DNA of 64,000 bases from contig JBITNC010000001.1 of NCBI GenBank assembly GCA_050084985.1, forward strand, positions 9,982,001-10,046,000, in the 5' to 3' direction. Each line of letters begins with the position of its first letter. Positions within the stretch are counted from its first letter, which is position 1. This document shows positions 50,301-63,446 of this stretch, piece by piece. The notes below the pieces were generated by a model, which worked only from the letters and a program-made list of their open reading frames with translations, had not been told where the DNA came from and searched no databases. This stretch comes from Nageia nagi (taxonomy: Eukaryota > Plantae > Pinophyta). A program made the translations under genes and the position numbers.

Positions 50301-53300
50301 AACAATGATGTCGCTGACATGTGAAAGTGTTTTAACGTTAAGCCCATGTGCACCATAACTATCAAATAAGTTTTATAATTTTCACATATCCACATAAAAA
50401 TTCATTAGGTTGGGATACATAACCTATAATGAATTTCTAACTTCACTTCTGAATACATTGGTATAGATTCCCTCATCAGAAAGGCTGGGTAAAGCGTAGA
50501 ACTGAATCCATCGTCTGACCACTTACACCCTTGGCATACTGCACAATTTTTGCTTGCAGCCTCAGGCACATTCGTTGCTCAGCTTCGAAGAAGGCAATGC
50601 ACTAGCAACTGGCATCCACCTCGATATCTAGTTCCGGAGATTTCTGTCCACCAGCACATTCTCTCACTGTCATCCATATGCTGCTCGTCGCAGGCATTCT
50701 CCGTCATTGGGTTTCAAATAAATGTTTTTACAAATTTGGATTCGAAAGTAACTTGACTAGGGGTCTAATTTTAAAATTCAGCAAAAATTTAGGAAAAAGA
50801 GAGCAAAAACCTGTGGTACATAAAAAGGGCAAATTTGCATCCCCTGTAGACCATCCCTCACCTCCTGTCATTTTCCTGTCTTCCTCTTCCCCCAAGGCTA
50901 GTCAGGCACCCCCCAAGTCATTCCTCTTCTTGGTAAAGCTCATTGCCATAGATGGGTATCTTCTGGTTCTGAGACATCCACAAATAAGGAAGATGTTACA
51001 CCTAAGGAGCCTTTGGACGAGAGGCCTAAGAAGGAACCTAGAAGGAAGAAACAAAAGAAAGGTTTCCACTTCTTTTTTAAGATGGCATGCTGGAAAGGTT
51101 CTAAGAGTGATACTACTATCACTACTACGGCCAGGCAGGCACTTCGGATGCAGTTCAATGATGAATATGCTAAGCAGATGGGCACTCCAAAATAAAGGGC
51201 ACTGACTGTAGCTACAACCAATTTGGGTAATATCCTTGAAGGGGATCCTCAGATGCAGGAAAAAGAGTTTATTAAAGCAGAATCGAATGCAATGTGGGCA
51301 TTCATGGACCTTGGCAAACAGAACTCTGCAACTCGATATGATCATATTGCTTTAGACAAATATGTGCAAGTAATTGGCTATGGAGAAGCCTCACATAGTC
51401 AGCTCAACACCCCAGATTGTCCAAACTGGGATGAGCAAATTTGTTCAAAATATGTCAAATCTGTTTCTAATAGCTAAATCTGATGGAATTTTGTAAATAC
51501 TAGTTTTAGATCCCTATATAAAAAAACCCTCGTTATAATTTTACCTTTACCAAAAAAAGGGCAAATTCAGCAAAAAAAAAAAAGGGAAAAAACAAGCAAA
51601 ACGGAAAAATTTGTGATCATATCAATATGTCTATTCATAAATCATAACTCATAGAGTCATAAATCATAAGAAAGGTTCCACCCTTCTGGGAGGGGCGTTC
51701 TTGACATTCGGGAGTGGGGAAGCAAACATGAGAGCATCTCCTGTCCGAAAACGGGAGCGACAGGAGATGCTCCTCAACTACTCCCGGGAGCGGTCAGGCA
51801 TTCCCAGCTAGAGATGGATGCCCAGCCAAAAAAAGCACAACTTAAAATTTTGACATTTTAACTTTCACATAAACATGGAGGTGGGTCCCACTGATGTTAC
51901 CAACCTTCCAAACCCTAAAAACATATCCATAAAGCAATTCTAATTAAAAAAAAGAACCATTTTATTTGTGTGCAACCTTGAGAAGAAAAAACAGCAGTGC
52001 AGAAGAAAAAAACAGAAGTGCGGAGGAAAAAAACAGTAGTAAGGAGGAGAAAATAGCAGCTAGTCTTGAGGTTGATGATGTGTAGGGGTTGGTAGGATTG
52101 CCATTGGAGGGTGTCCAGTTGGATGATGAGAGCAGCTCTTCAGATAACTCTCTTGGGGAGGAGGATGATATTGATTACAATAAGGATATATTAGGAACAC
52201 ATAATCTCTTAGAGCCATAGTTTGATAGCTATAATTTTGGCATTTTAGCATTTTGCTACTATGATTTCAATACTATTGTATTTTTCATTTGAGTATTTTT
52301 GATTTGAAATTTCAGATCTATTATTATGTACTATGTACTAGAATGATTCAAACTTAATGACATTATGGCGTTATGATCATTGATTATGGTTCATTTTGAT
52401 ATTATGATTCATACTTGATTTCTAATTTAAATTTCAAATGTTGTATACATGATTGAATTGATGATAATAACGAATTAGAAACAATAAAAATTAAAAAATC
52501 TAAAGATTCCGAGATTTTTTTACTAGTATTATGCTAGCCCCTCCCCCTGTCATTTTCGGAATGCTCCCTAAAAATGACCTTTGTCGTTCCCTTTCTTGGA
52601 AATGCGTTCACGGTGCTAGGGTTGTGTGGAACCTTGCTCATACATTATAAGTCTCACACTATCAGTGCCAAGTGCAAAGGCATCATTGTGAATGGCCCGA
52701 TGCTCTAAACTCTAACCCTTTTACTAGTCAATCTACCACCAATATGTAATATTCCCAAATATTCTCAGGCAAATATTAGCCAAATATATAATTCAAAAAT
52801 ATCAAAATTCACCCTCAAGCATGCCACATCTGATCTAGGATATCAAATACACATTAAAATGAGCCAAGAATGCTAGCGACTCACTCTATAAGCACCAATG
52901 CCACTAAAATGCCCAGCATCATACATAGGGACTCATATATTATGCCAATGCACATCCAAAATGCCAACGATTCACCAAACAAGTAGGAACATACTAAAAT
53001 AGCTCAACATTGCATATATGGAAGCATGAACATCAATCAATAAGGCAAATAATAAGATCCAAGTATGCCATGGTTCTATTATTGACACAATGGTGAGTAC
53101 AATACTGAACAAATCCCAAAGGGCTCAACATTGGCCTCCAAGGAGCCAACTAGGGCATACAAAATGCTAAGATAGATCCTAAAACTATTGTAGAACAATC
53201 ACCTCCTACTAATTTTGTGGATGCCTCACTGAAGGGCTCCCTCACAGGCTAGCTCCCAAGAAGAGAAAGGATGTTATTTTGGAATGCCATCAGATGGATT

Positions 53301-56300
53301 CAAAGGTGCAAACCACTTGTGGATGCCTCAAGGTAGGGCAACCGCACAAGCACGACCATTCACCTCAACCGTAAGACAGAAGGTGTTCTATGCCTCTTGA
53401 ACTCTCCTCGTGTGCTACGCTCAAGGGTGCTTGACACTGCCAAGTATTTGGTAACTCCGAAGAGAAGGGTTTCAATATATAATCAAGTCTATCTCTACAA
53501 TAAGGCTTCAATGTCTTATTTAACAATCCCTTGATCTGGATCTCACCTAGAAGTCATCACTCCAACCTCCAAGTCCAACGTTAGCCTTCTAAAGGCCCTC
53601 AAATGCCCAAACGTGGCATTAGATGTGTCCTAGGTATCATGCACATACCAACGTTGCCTAGGGTTTCCAATAATCATATTTAATGGTCCACATTACAAAA
53701 TCCAATGGCTAGATATGCAACGGCTCATTATTGGAGACTAATATTGCATTTATAATTATTAATTGCTTTGGAATCATGTATTATAACTCATATAAGCGGC
53801 CCCATTATTACTATGATAAAACACACTAAATCTACTTTAAATTATCAAGCTCACACTTAAATACAATCCATAACTAACTCATATCCCAAGGAGTGGGATG
53901 TCACATTTCAAGGGGTTAATATGGAGATGTTTTTGGATTTCCGCAAGCAACCGTGATATGCAAGATTGGTCCCATTGGTGAACTTCAAGAGGCCATAACT
54001 CTTTCGTTTCCTGATGAAACCATGTCATGTAAACTGTCAAAAAGTTTCCCACGAGATGCTCTATCCAATGAACAAATCTAATCAACTCTCCAAGACCTAT
54101 GGCAAACTCTATCCTCAAATAATTCATCCTAAGCTTGGGAGGAAGATGTCCCACATTGGGGCTCACAATGTGGGTCCATAGGACCATTATATTCTATCCC
54201 AAGAAACTAACAACAAATACATGAATGAATAAAATATTTACAAAGGGGAATCTCTAGGATTCCAAAATTATTTATTTTTTAGAAAAAGGGAATGATACAC
54301 AATAAGACTACCACATGGACAAGGAGAGGGTGCTATGAGGAGGCAATCCATTTGGAGTTGCCTTTGCCTCTGCCTCTAGTACTGGTAGAGCGGTTAATCA
54401 TCCTCAACCTCAAGTTTAGGTCCAACACCAAAGTCCACAAAAGGCAATGGATCCTCCTGAGGCTGATCCTCCTCCTCCATTCCTGTGGCTGCAATTGTAT
54501 CAATCTCCTCCTCCATGTCAAGTCATGCAACCCGAAACTGATCTTGTACTTGATCCTCTAGCTCTTCCACTTTGTCACATAAAGGTTCATCATTAAATGT
54601 GGGACTAATGGAATATAGGTTAATGGGTCCCTCATTGTCCTTCTACATTTGCCTCACTAACAATCATAGTTTGACAAACATACACAATATCATTTAAGTG
54701 TTGCATTGTCAACGTAATAATATTAAACAATTTTTATATTAAACAATTTTTTTCAAAGTGAAAACACAGAAGATAGAACTTAGAACTAGTAAATTGTAAG
54801 ACTAAGAAGTAGAACTTACGGAGTGTCCATTCAATCTTGAAAGCTAAAAAGAATCAAAATTGAAATGAATCAAATTGCTAGCTTGTTGCGCCTCTTGGAA
54901 TGATTTATTTCAAAGGCAACCCAATTGCACTCACATCTTGAAGAGCTACATGTTTGACTGAGGATGCAAATGGCTAATCTTTGCAACTTGAGTGTCTCAC
55001 ACCCAAAATGAGTCCACCGCAATTCTAAAATACGAATCAAATTAAAAAAAAAAAAATCAATTGGTAAAAATGTAAAAACCTAAATGTGTAAAGTTATAAA
55101 GTATAAAAAACAACAAAACGAACTTTGAACTTTCTTCACATCAAGCGAGCAAAAAATGTGACTCTCTAGTTCTTGCATAACCAAAGAAGCCTTGTGAATT
55201 CTTGTACTTCTCAAGGTGATAGAAGATTCGAACACAAATGATGGGATCACTCTCCATAGTGGATATGCATTTTGTTACCCCTATGTTAGCCTTATTATCA
55301 ATCTTATACTGGGAGTTTGGTGCAAAATATAAGTTGGGGTTCAAGATGGCCCCTCCTTCATGAATATAGCGATGGCATGTTGTTCCATCGTTGATCAATG
55401 ATATTCCAAAAGATTATGTACTCGTCACCAAATTCAATATTATCATTAGGGTGGTCCTCGTACCATTTCATGATGGCCTCCTTGGCCTTATCCATGGCCT
55501 CATACAATTAGCCCATAGTAGGCATATCTCCATCAACTAAGCAAAGGATGACAACAAGTGGTGCAATCATTGCACAAATTTCTATGATTGCCATCCAAAA
55601 GTCTTGCCTAGCTATCAAAGCAGCCACCACTTGGCCCTCTAGCCTACTACTCATGGGGGAAACATTCCACTCTCTAGAAACAAATATTACTTGAAGCTCA
55701 CGCATACACCTCTACAATCACTGAAAGAAGACGAAGTTTGAGGCAAACCATGTGATTCCTCGACACAACAACTCCCTATTGTTGGTGAATCCCCTCATCA
55801 TGCTAAGAATGGTGCTTTTATTATAAATGAATTGCTTGGTCAACCAACTCTCTCACCCAATCCAATTTGCCTATGTCCTCCAAAAGAAGATCAATACAAT
55901 GGCAATCACATGGTGTCCAAAAAATTGAAGGATACTTGTCCATAAGCATTTTCCTAGCTGAAACATAGTTAGCAATGTTGTCCATGACCACCTAGGCAAT
56001 GTGCCCCACCCTCACCTCCTTCACAAACTAGTCTAATAGGTCACAAAGCATATTTGCATCCTTTGTGTATGCCAATGCATCAATGGATTTGAATAATATT
56101 GTGCCTTGTGGGCAATACGCCAAGAAATTTATTAGATTTCTATCCTTTATTAACATGGTGCAACCTATTAGCTTCCAAGACTCTCATATTTTAGAAAATC
56201 TGAAAAAAATAAAATAAAACAACTAAAAATTAAAATAGTAAATTACGAAATAGTAAATTAAAATATTAAAAATATATAATAAATTAAAATTAAATAGTAA

Positions 56301-59300
56301 ATTTTAATATACCTATGCTTGAGATTCCGCATAAGAGGCCCCTACATATCTGAATGAGTGGATGCCTTGTACGCAGCCCCGACCACACAAATTGCATCAA
56401 ACACTGGTTGCCAAAAAGGGCTCCTAGCAATGATGATCGCAACTTCTTCACAAGATATCAATTTGGAGACCATCAAGTCTGCCTATTTCTTCTCATTCAT
56501 CTTCAACATACAGGTAATAAACAGTTGGGCTACATGCCATGTCCATGGCACAAAGTAAGAGGAGATTCCAATCCCAAACTTTCTAGTAGGTTCAATTAAA
56601 GTTTGACTTCTACTTGTAGCACTTGACGATACCATCCCCAACTCCATTTGAAATGCAACCTTCCTATTCCTTTTGTCTATAATAGCATCTAGGGCAAAAT
56701 CAAAACTTGTTAAACCACATCTTTTCTTAGTATTTGAGAAATGTGGGCTTTGAACCTGCTAATCATTCCACTGAATTCCTTTCCACATAGGTTACATTTT
56801 AGCTTCATTGCATTGCCTGGAACGCCCTCCATTGGTGTTACATACTTCCAAAATTTATCCAACTCCTTAGGCATCTTGATTTAAGCAAGAAAATGAGAAA
56901 AACCTGAAATGCAGCATCAACAATCTTCTCCCACAATGGAAAAAGTCATAAATGATCACAGTGGATGGACAAATGCAACCTCCAAGTTGCAAAAATGCTC
57001 CCCTCAGCTTCACTCTCCATTCTCCCAAACTGGCCAAAGAAAGATGCAAATGAAAAATGAGAAAAAAGTGAGCTTTATCCTTAAAACTTGTTGTTTCTAT
57101 GCTCGGAGAATTCATGCTGAAATGGTGTTTTGAAATTTGAGGTCAAATTTCTGGCAAATTTGGCAAATTTCAAGGTGTTTATTTGGTGAATATGAGGAGG
57201 AAAATTCGCCAAGAAAATTTGATGACTTTGGCATTTTTTTAGCAAAATTCAGTGGAATATCGAATTCACGAATATTTGCGAATTTGTTGAATAATCACCA
57301 AACATGTAAACTATTCTTTCAATGGCTTCTCTCTGGACCTCACTTACTACCATGTACGAAATTTTGTATAATCTACCAGACCTTGTCTCCACGTCACTCA
57401 GCCCTTCAGACAGAGTTCTGACAGATTTTAAATAGTGGAATACCTCCACTTTATGCCCATCACCACTCTGAAACGTTTCACTCTAAGGTTTGTTAAAACT
57501 TCAAAGGAATAAAAACATTTTATTTTAGCAAAGAAAACGTTTTTATTTTGGCAACTTCGATCATTTCTATATTTTGGTCATAATTTCTTTATCTGCTACA
57601 CTGTCAAATCCATTAAATTCTTGGTTCAGAAAAGCTTCATAAAGAATGGTTACAAGCCACTCTTGCATTTCATTATCCATGCTTTATTTATACTTCAAAT
57701 CAACTACAAAACATTTTTGGAGAATTTTTAATTATTTTAAACAAATATTTATATTGGAAAAGATTTACAATTGCTTACAACATCTGCAAATATTATTATA
57801 TTCCAGAATACTTACAGTATTCTCCTTCCGGGGCCTTTATCCATCAATTTTAGCTCTAGGGTTGCGGATTAAGGTTATATTTTCCAATCCGTAGAAATTC
57901 AAAACTGTTCCTTTTGGATGCCTCGTCATCATGCATTTTGAAGATGATTTGCAATTTGCAAATTATGTTGATGATGGTGGCACCGCAAGCAGATCTTCTC
58001 CGCATTTGACTTCAGCGGTAACCCTTTTTCCTACACAAGGGCTCAAGTTTTGAAGATATCCTTCTACCCTCACAACAATCGTTTGAGAGATATTAACTTT
58101 CTTGTCAAAAGGAGTTCCTGTCACTACCACGACCTCCATTTGTGTTTAAGGGAAATGATGTTCCTAGGAGAGTGTTCACTTGGTTTTGGCACTCATTTTC
58201 GAGAGAGGCTTGTTTAGTGTTTAGCTCTCGACATGCACTTGGACGTTTTGACCATTTGGAGGCTAGCACACACTTAATGGAGGTCAACAACTGCATCTAA
58301 ATAGAGTCATGCACATGAAATTGATAGGAGAAGGTTGGCGCAAATATTTTGGAGGTAATAGATCATGTCATGATGAGACCTTGCGCTTCCAATGGGATTA
58401 CATGGCTGGCGTAAATCTTCAAGGATTCAGAGACCATGTCTAGGTCCAATCATGAGCTTAAGATGGATTTAGAGAGCAAAGAGCCTCGCGCAAGTTTGTG
58501 AGGAGTCGGAATGCTTGTCTTGTGGAAATGAGCTTGGCGCAAGTCGTTTGGGGAACAAAAACCTTATCATAATCAAAATCTATGCCAAGGAGGGAGAATA
58601 CATGCCTAGCGCAGATTTGAGGAGAGTCACCACTCTTGTCTTGATCCACATTTGTGCCCAAAAGGGAAGATAGGCTTGGCACAAATCTTCTAGGAGTCAT
58701 GATGCTTGTCTTGCTTGAAATCTGCGCCAAGGAAGGGTAAAGCATGCCAAGCGCAAGTCTTCAGGAGGTCACCACCCTTGTATTGGTCTGGTTTTGCACC
58801 AGGGAGGAAGAGTGCATCTTTAACTTAGCCAAATTTTCCTTGATGTGATCAATCTTGCTCAAGACCAAGGGGCAAGTGCTTCTGTTGTTATCTACTTGTC
58901 TAATGAAGACCCTATGCCAATGAGAAAGACTGAAGGAGCCTAGCGCAGATTTGGGGAGAGTCAACATCTTTGTCTAGGTCCATATTTGCGCTTGGAAGAG
59001 GAGACCAGCTTGGGGAAGATTTGGAGAGAGTCAAGAACCTTGTGTCCCAACAAATTGCACCTAATCGGCTTGGGGAGATTTGAAGATAGTCAAGAACCTT
59101 GTATCTTAGCAAATTTGCGCCTAACTAATTTGGGATGTTGCCATGCCTGGTACTTAGCCAATTTTGCTTACTTGATCGTCTGTACTAGTCATTTGTGGTC
59201 CTTGGAAGGTTGGCGCAAAACTTGGAGGGGACACAAAAGTTGTCTCCCTAGAAACATGCACTTGTTTTGTCCCTCACAAAATATGTGCATAAGGACTTAA

Positions 59301-62300
59301 TCAACTTTCTGCAGTGCATGTTCCAAAAAGTTAGTTTGTGAATTTTTTAATTGTACTACCCTTCGGTATCTCTCGATCATAAGACAGTTCCTTTGGTTGC
59401 TTCACTCAAGCAGATTTTTTTGGCCAAAATGTATGGGTCCCCAAAATTCGCTTGAATTTAGGGGCATGTTGTGGAGGCCACAACAAAATATCACTCATGT
59501 TTTCAACGTACCGCCTTCTTTCTTCTTCAGCTTACGTTTTTCCATTCCTTCTGCGCTTTGGAGTCCAAAGCTTTTGTTGTTGGGAGGAATGATGAAGAAT
59601 GATTTAGCCATCTAACATATTAGGCAAAATATTAAAATTTTTTATTTTTTGTTTATAATAAGGATGATATTCTTCATCCTAAATTAGGACAGATGTTAGC
59701 ATCAATCCTCACAGATTGATTTGTATAGCTAGTTGTTAGTCCGATATTGTTATTAGGCTTAGTTATGAGATGCTTTCCTATTTTATAGCTATTTGTAAAA
59801 AATAGTATTTGCATTGTGCTGGCCTATTTATAGGTCTTATTTGAACGCAATAGCAGGTTGGAAATTCAATATCCATATCACGTTCTGCCAATCCTTTACA
59901 AAGTTTTGAGAATTGAAAGCTCAGACATTTTTTAAAATAAGAGAGAAAATAGCTCATCTGGAAAATACAGGGGAAAATACTTCTATTTAAAATTTATTCA
60001 AATTTTTCAATAACTTAAACATCATCACTTAATAGACCGTTTTTTTACCAAAACATCCACCATAAAATTTAATAAATTCTTCTGAACGATAAAGTGTAAC
60101 TGCAGGATATCTAAGTTGACCACACATTCTGCTTCATATGTCGTTGAACGTTTTCAAAATAACATAATTCAAAAAACAATTATACTACCCATTCTTGCTT
60201 TCTTTTAATTTGAGCTAGTAAAAGAAAGAATTGTACTGCAATGTTGTCAATGCTTATTCCAATCGAAGTGACAAATAAAATATTTTCCAAGCAACCAAAT
60301 TGATTAGTGTGGTGATCTGGAAATGACAACCAAAAGTCATATCTTCTCGTCAACTAGTTCAAATCTATAGGAATAATCACCAAAAAAAATTTTCAAGTTT
60401 ACTCCCACTATTGCTTGATTGGATATTGGAAATGGAAAAGGTAATTTTTTCAAGGCAATATGAAATCTATGCTTCTACTTAGAGATATTATACCAATTAT
60501 TGAAAACTAAGTAGACTAATCTGATGTAAGGTATGTAGTGAACTGTACAAAACCTACAACTGGACAATCATTCTAAAAATTAAACAATCACCACACAGAC
60601 AATTGCTTTGAAGAAAACAGAAAGACAAATCTTAAACTATTATTTGGGGGAAAAAGATGACACCAAAAACTTTCAATCATGCAATCCATCATAAATTACT
60701 TCTATCTCAATCATACGCCAGGATAAATTCTTACTAGTGTATTGCACATATTACACCTTGAGAAGAGAATCGAAAAGGTAGACTACGCAAACCAAGACAA
60801 AACAAACGTCTGATTCAAATTCTACCGATTGAATTAGTGTTTGCATAACTAACTACTGAACTTTATATTAAACCAGCCACAGTTTTCTACACTGAGTTTG
60901 TAACTTTATTCAAAAAATTAGGAAGGGATCAAGAAATCATATACTGAAACACATAATGCAATCTTTTATCCTTGTGCAAGGACACACAATGATCCAGCTA
61001 GGACAAAAAAATTCCTTGAACAGCACCCTGACACCTTTTCATACGCAAATAATTTACAAAGAAGAATTGTATCATTTAATAACTTATTGCATGAATTCAC
61101 TTTCTCTTGCTTGGCCTTCCAGACATGGTAAAGTGGGTAACAAGCGTGGCAACAACATGTTCACTGCACAACTAGAGCTAAAGTAGTCATACATACTCCA
61201 CTACAACTTAGAATGGCTATAGAGTAAATGTTTTATGCCAACTTGGGAGTTGATGGGAAAAAAATCATCTATTTTAATCTAGAAAGGATATTTAAGAACC
61301 TGACAATATTTTTTTCCAAGATTTATGCTCGGTATTAAACTTGGAAAAGCTGGATAACTAAAATGCATAAATTACTTTTCAACTCCATTCAGCTATTTTT
61401 TGAGATGTTTCACAAGTGTTTCTCGTATTGTTTTCAATTACCTGCGTGTCATATTCATGACTTATTAACAGTGTTACAAGCAAATTGGAAACAACTCGGG
61501 TCAAGAAAGAGTGAAAACAAGGATTCTGCCGGACTGAATGGAAAGTATGGCATGTATTAATTACAACAACCATGATATTCGAATTTTCTGCATTGCTTTA
61601 AGTTTGTCTAAAGTAAAGATAGTCATTTTAAAAGCACAAAATTGACAAATCCTTAAAATTAGGATGATTTCAAAAATTGAATCAAACATAATAATCTTGC
61701 TTTCAAGTCATTGTTATATTCAAAATCCAAACATTAGACTATTACCTCTTCCTTCTCCCCAAGTTCCAATCTCAAATGTTGATTTTGCCATCTCTCGTGG
61801 TGCCACCGTTGTCCCAAAATCACTAGTCCAGTGAAAGCAACAGCAATAGCAATCGGCCAAAGCGTATTCGACTGACGAAGCTGATCTCGCAAGGCAGCTG
61901 CCTGGCGTTTCACCCAAGCCTCGTAAGAATGATCCTTCCCACCTTTTTTCATAGCCTTGGAAGACTTTGCAGGATGATCTTTATCTTTACCATGTTGGAT
62001 ACTATCATTAGAAGAGAATGGTTTCGCCACACCAAAAGGTTGTTCTTCAACCGCTTTATGCAAGTTGGCAAGGACACTGCTCTCATCACAATTACTTGGG
62101 CTACTCACCCCTCCAACATCATGGAATATCTTCAATTTTGCAGCAACGACACTGATGTCATCATCATCCACAGCAGAACCCTGGCGAGGCTCAATCCAGT
62201 CCAAACCTTTAAAAGATTCGACATCCTTACCTTGAACCAGGAATTATTTTAACAAACCAAATACTATTAGACTTTCAGATATTTTGAGGAATCTTTCAAA

Positions 62301-62890
62301 ATGTCGAGCTCTTGAAATGACATTCCATGAAAATAAGAAAAGAAGCCAACTAACAAATTTTAGCCATGAAAGTTATCCCTACCTGTGACAAGTGGAATTT
62401 GCGTCTGATTTTCTGCAAACAATTCAGGTGCACTCTGCTGTAGGGTTTCAAATGAGCTACCAGGCTTAATATTGTAAAAAATCTCCAAACCCTCACAACT
62501 TCCAGCTGCTTCTTCCCCAGACTTTAAACCCTTACCACCCATCTCAATTTCACTAGCAAATTCATCAGATTTCAGGTTTGCTGATCCCTCTATATTTTCT
62601 GAAGAATTTTCCAACTTTGTATGCTTATCAATCTCAGAATTTTCAGCAACCTCACCAGTTTCTTTCTCACTTGGAAGGCCTTCGTGATGACTGGAGAACA
62701 CGAAGTGCTGAGACTGAAGCATAGTAGCAGGGCTTTCATTTTCGCTCAACTTCAAATCACTCTGGCTTTCAGATTCGTCAGGTTTCTTCGGCCCCGGACA
62801 TGCAGCATAAGCCGATGCAGTAAGTGACACGACTTCCCAATCTTGACTTCGGTTTGTGTTCTCGGCAGACTTCTTGCCATCTTCAGCCAT
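47275..62890 (-). CDS. ATI1: ATG8-interacting protein (ATI1/ATI2 family), 361 aa; exons 62890-62383, 62230-61746, 47367-47275
   Basis: N-terminal AIM in DWEVVSLTASAYAACPGP, SQHFVF, YEAWVKR, TM segment LWPIAIAVAFTGLVILG, QRWHHERWQ, C-terminal KVSQMMYQVARLKEAMTGRRKVPIIRSGST*. Both introns are GT-AG and the exons join in frame (508+485+93=1086 nt). Confidence 0.92.
47910..48068. repeat. Diverged tandem duplication (~90-bp period)
   Basis: GTCAATTCCATGGGTCAAA..ACCCTCCAAA..AACATGTTAA occurs twice. Confidence 0.85.
48251..48588. repeat. Recent tandem duplication of ~170 bp
   Basis: ATTATCCCT...GAATATGTGCAAATAAA occurs twice (48251-48419, 48422-48588) with few substitutions. Confidence 0.95.
51671..52636. 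mobile_element. Non-autonomous hAT-like element (~970 bp)
   Basis: TIRs AAGGTTCCAC / GTGGAACCTT; GC-rich subterminal motifs; degenerate 8-bp flanks ATCATAAG / CTCATACA. Confidence 0.65.
52687..54191. mobile_element. Solo-LTR-like sequence (~1.5 kb)
   Basis: Imperfect inverted ends TGTGAATGGCC / GGACCATTATA, non-coding, LTR-like composition; no convincing TSD. Confidence 0.4.
54300..57306 (-). mobile_element. Degenerate hAT DNA transposon with transposase pseudogene
   Basis: BED finger (FWKYV..KCNLCGKEF.G.ISRFKAHI, ~56720-56865), DUF659-type region (LINFLAYCPQGTILFKSID..VVMDNIANY..IFWTPCDCHCIDLLLEDIGK), LVDGDMPTMG.LYEAMDKAK, dimerisation domain (LQRLAICILSQTCSSSRCECNW). TIR-like CATGTTTGG at 57306 with subterminal GAATT/GCGAA motifs; the other end was not found. 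Confidence 0.88.
58103..59302. mobile_element. 1.2-kb repeat-rich insertion (LTR-retrotransposon-like non-coding DNA) flanked by an 8-bp direct repeat
   Basis: AACTTTCT at 58095-58102 and 59303-59310; internal degenerate units with GCGCA(A/G)..GGAGAGTCA..CTTGT. Confidence 0.6.
61746..62230 (-). CDS. ATI1: ATI coding exon 2
   Basis: TTCAAG|GT AAG GAT GTC.. restores the frame to LDWIEPR...LGEKEE|GTAATA. Confidence 0.88.
62383..62890 (-). CDS. ATI1: ATI coding exon 1
   Basis: MAEDGKK..DWEVVSLTASAYAA..IPLVT G|GTAGGG donor. Confidence 0.92.
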
Positions 62891-62977
62891 ATTAAAAGAT
62901 CTTAAAGAAACGATTGGCAGAAAAAAGAAAGCAAGCAGGGCAAACTACCTCTCAAAAGCTACGAACCCGTCCAAAAT

Positions 62978-63446
62978 CTGAGAAAATAACAACAATTTTA
63001 GAACACAATATGAATATTGCGAACTAGCAAAAGAAAAAATAAACTAGCAAAAATAACAGAATTACATCTGAACTGCCAAGCTATCGGTCTAGATTTCTTG
63101 AATTCAAAAATTCTGTACACAATTTGAAGGGAAATTCGTCAAAGAATGAGACAAATTCACATATGTACACTAAAAAATCAAACAACCGAAACTAATAAAC
63201 CAAAAGGCGCATTAAAATATCTGCAACTTCACACAATTTTAAAAACATGTAACCAAAACTCATCAGATTAACTCCACAAGGGATAACCTTCCATAACCAT
63301 CCATGAAAACATTAAAAATGCATTCTAACCAAACTTTTTAAGTTCAAAATTCAACGACATACTGCCCAAAATTGTACAATTTTATTTGAGCGAACACAAA
63401 AAACAAATCGATCAGACTCCAAATTCCCCAACTCTACGCGATTTAC
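62978..63446 (-). other. Probable 5' UTR intron of ATI
   Basis: Donor CCG|GTAAAT at 63446; acceptor TTATTTTCTCAG| at 62978; U-rich on the minus strand. Confidence 0.55.

Noticed and set aside
57810-59615. Cryptic exon-like pieces (57810-58010, 59470-59610) in the ATI intron
   Set aside because: Splice-like sites exist, but the translations are not ATI-like or otherwise recognisable and contain stops.
61734-62890. Two separate genes or a broken pseudogene (ORF-track 176 aa and 156 aa)
   Set aside because: A GT-AG intron at 62382-62231 joins them in frame into one ATI protein.
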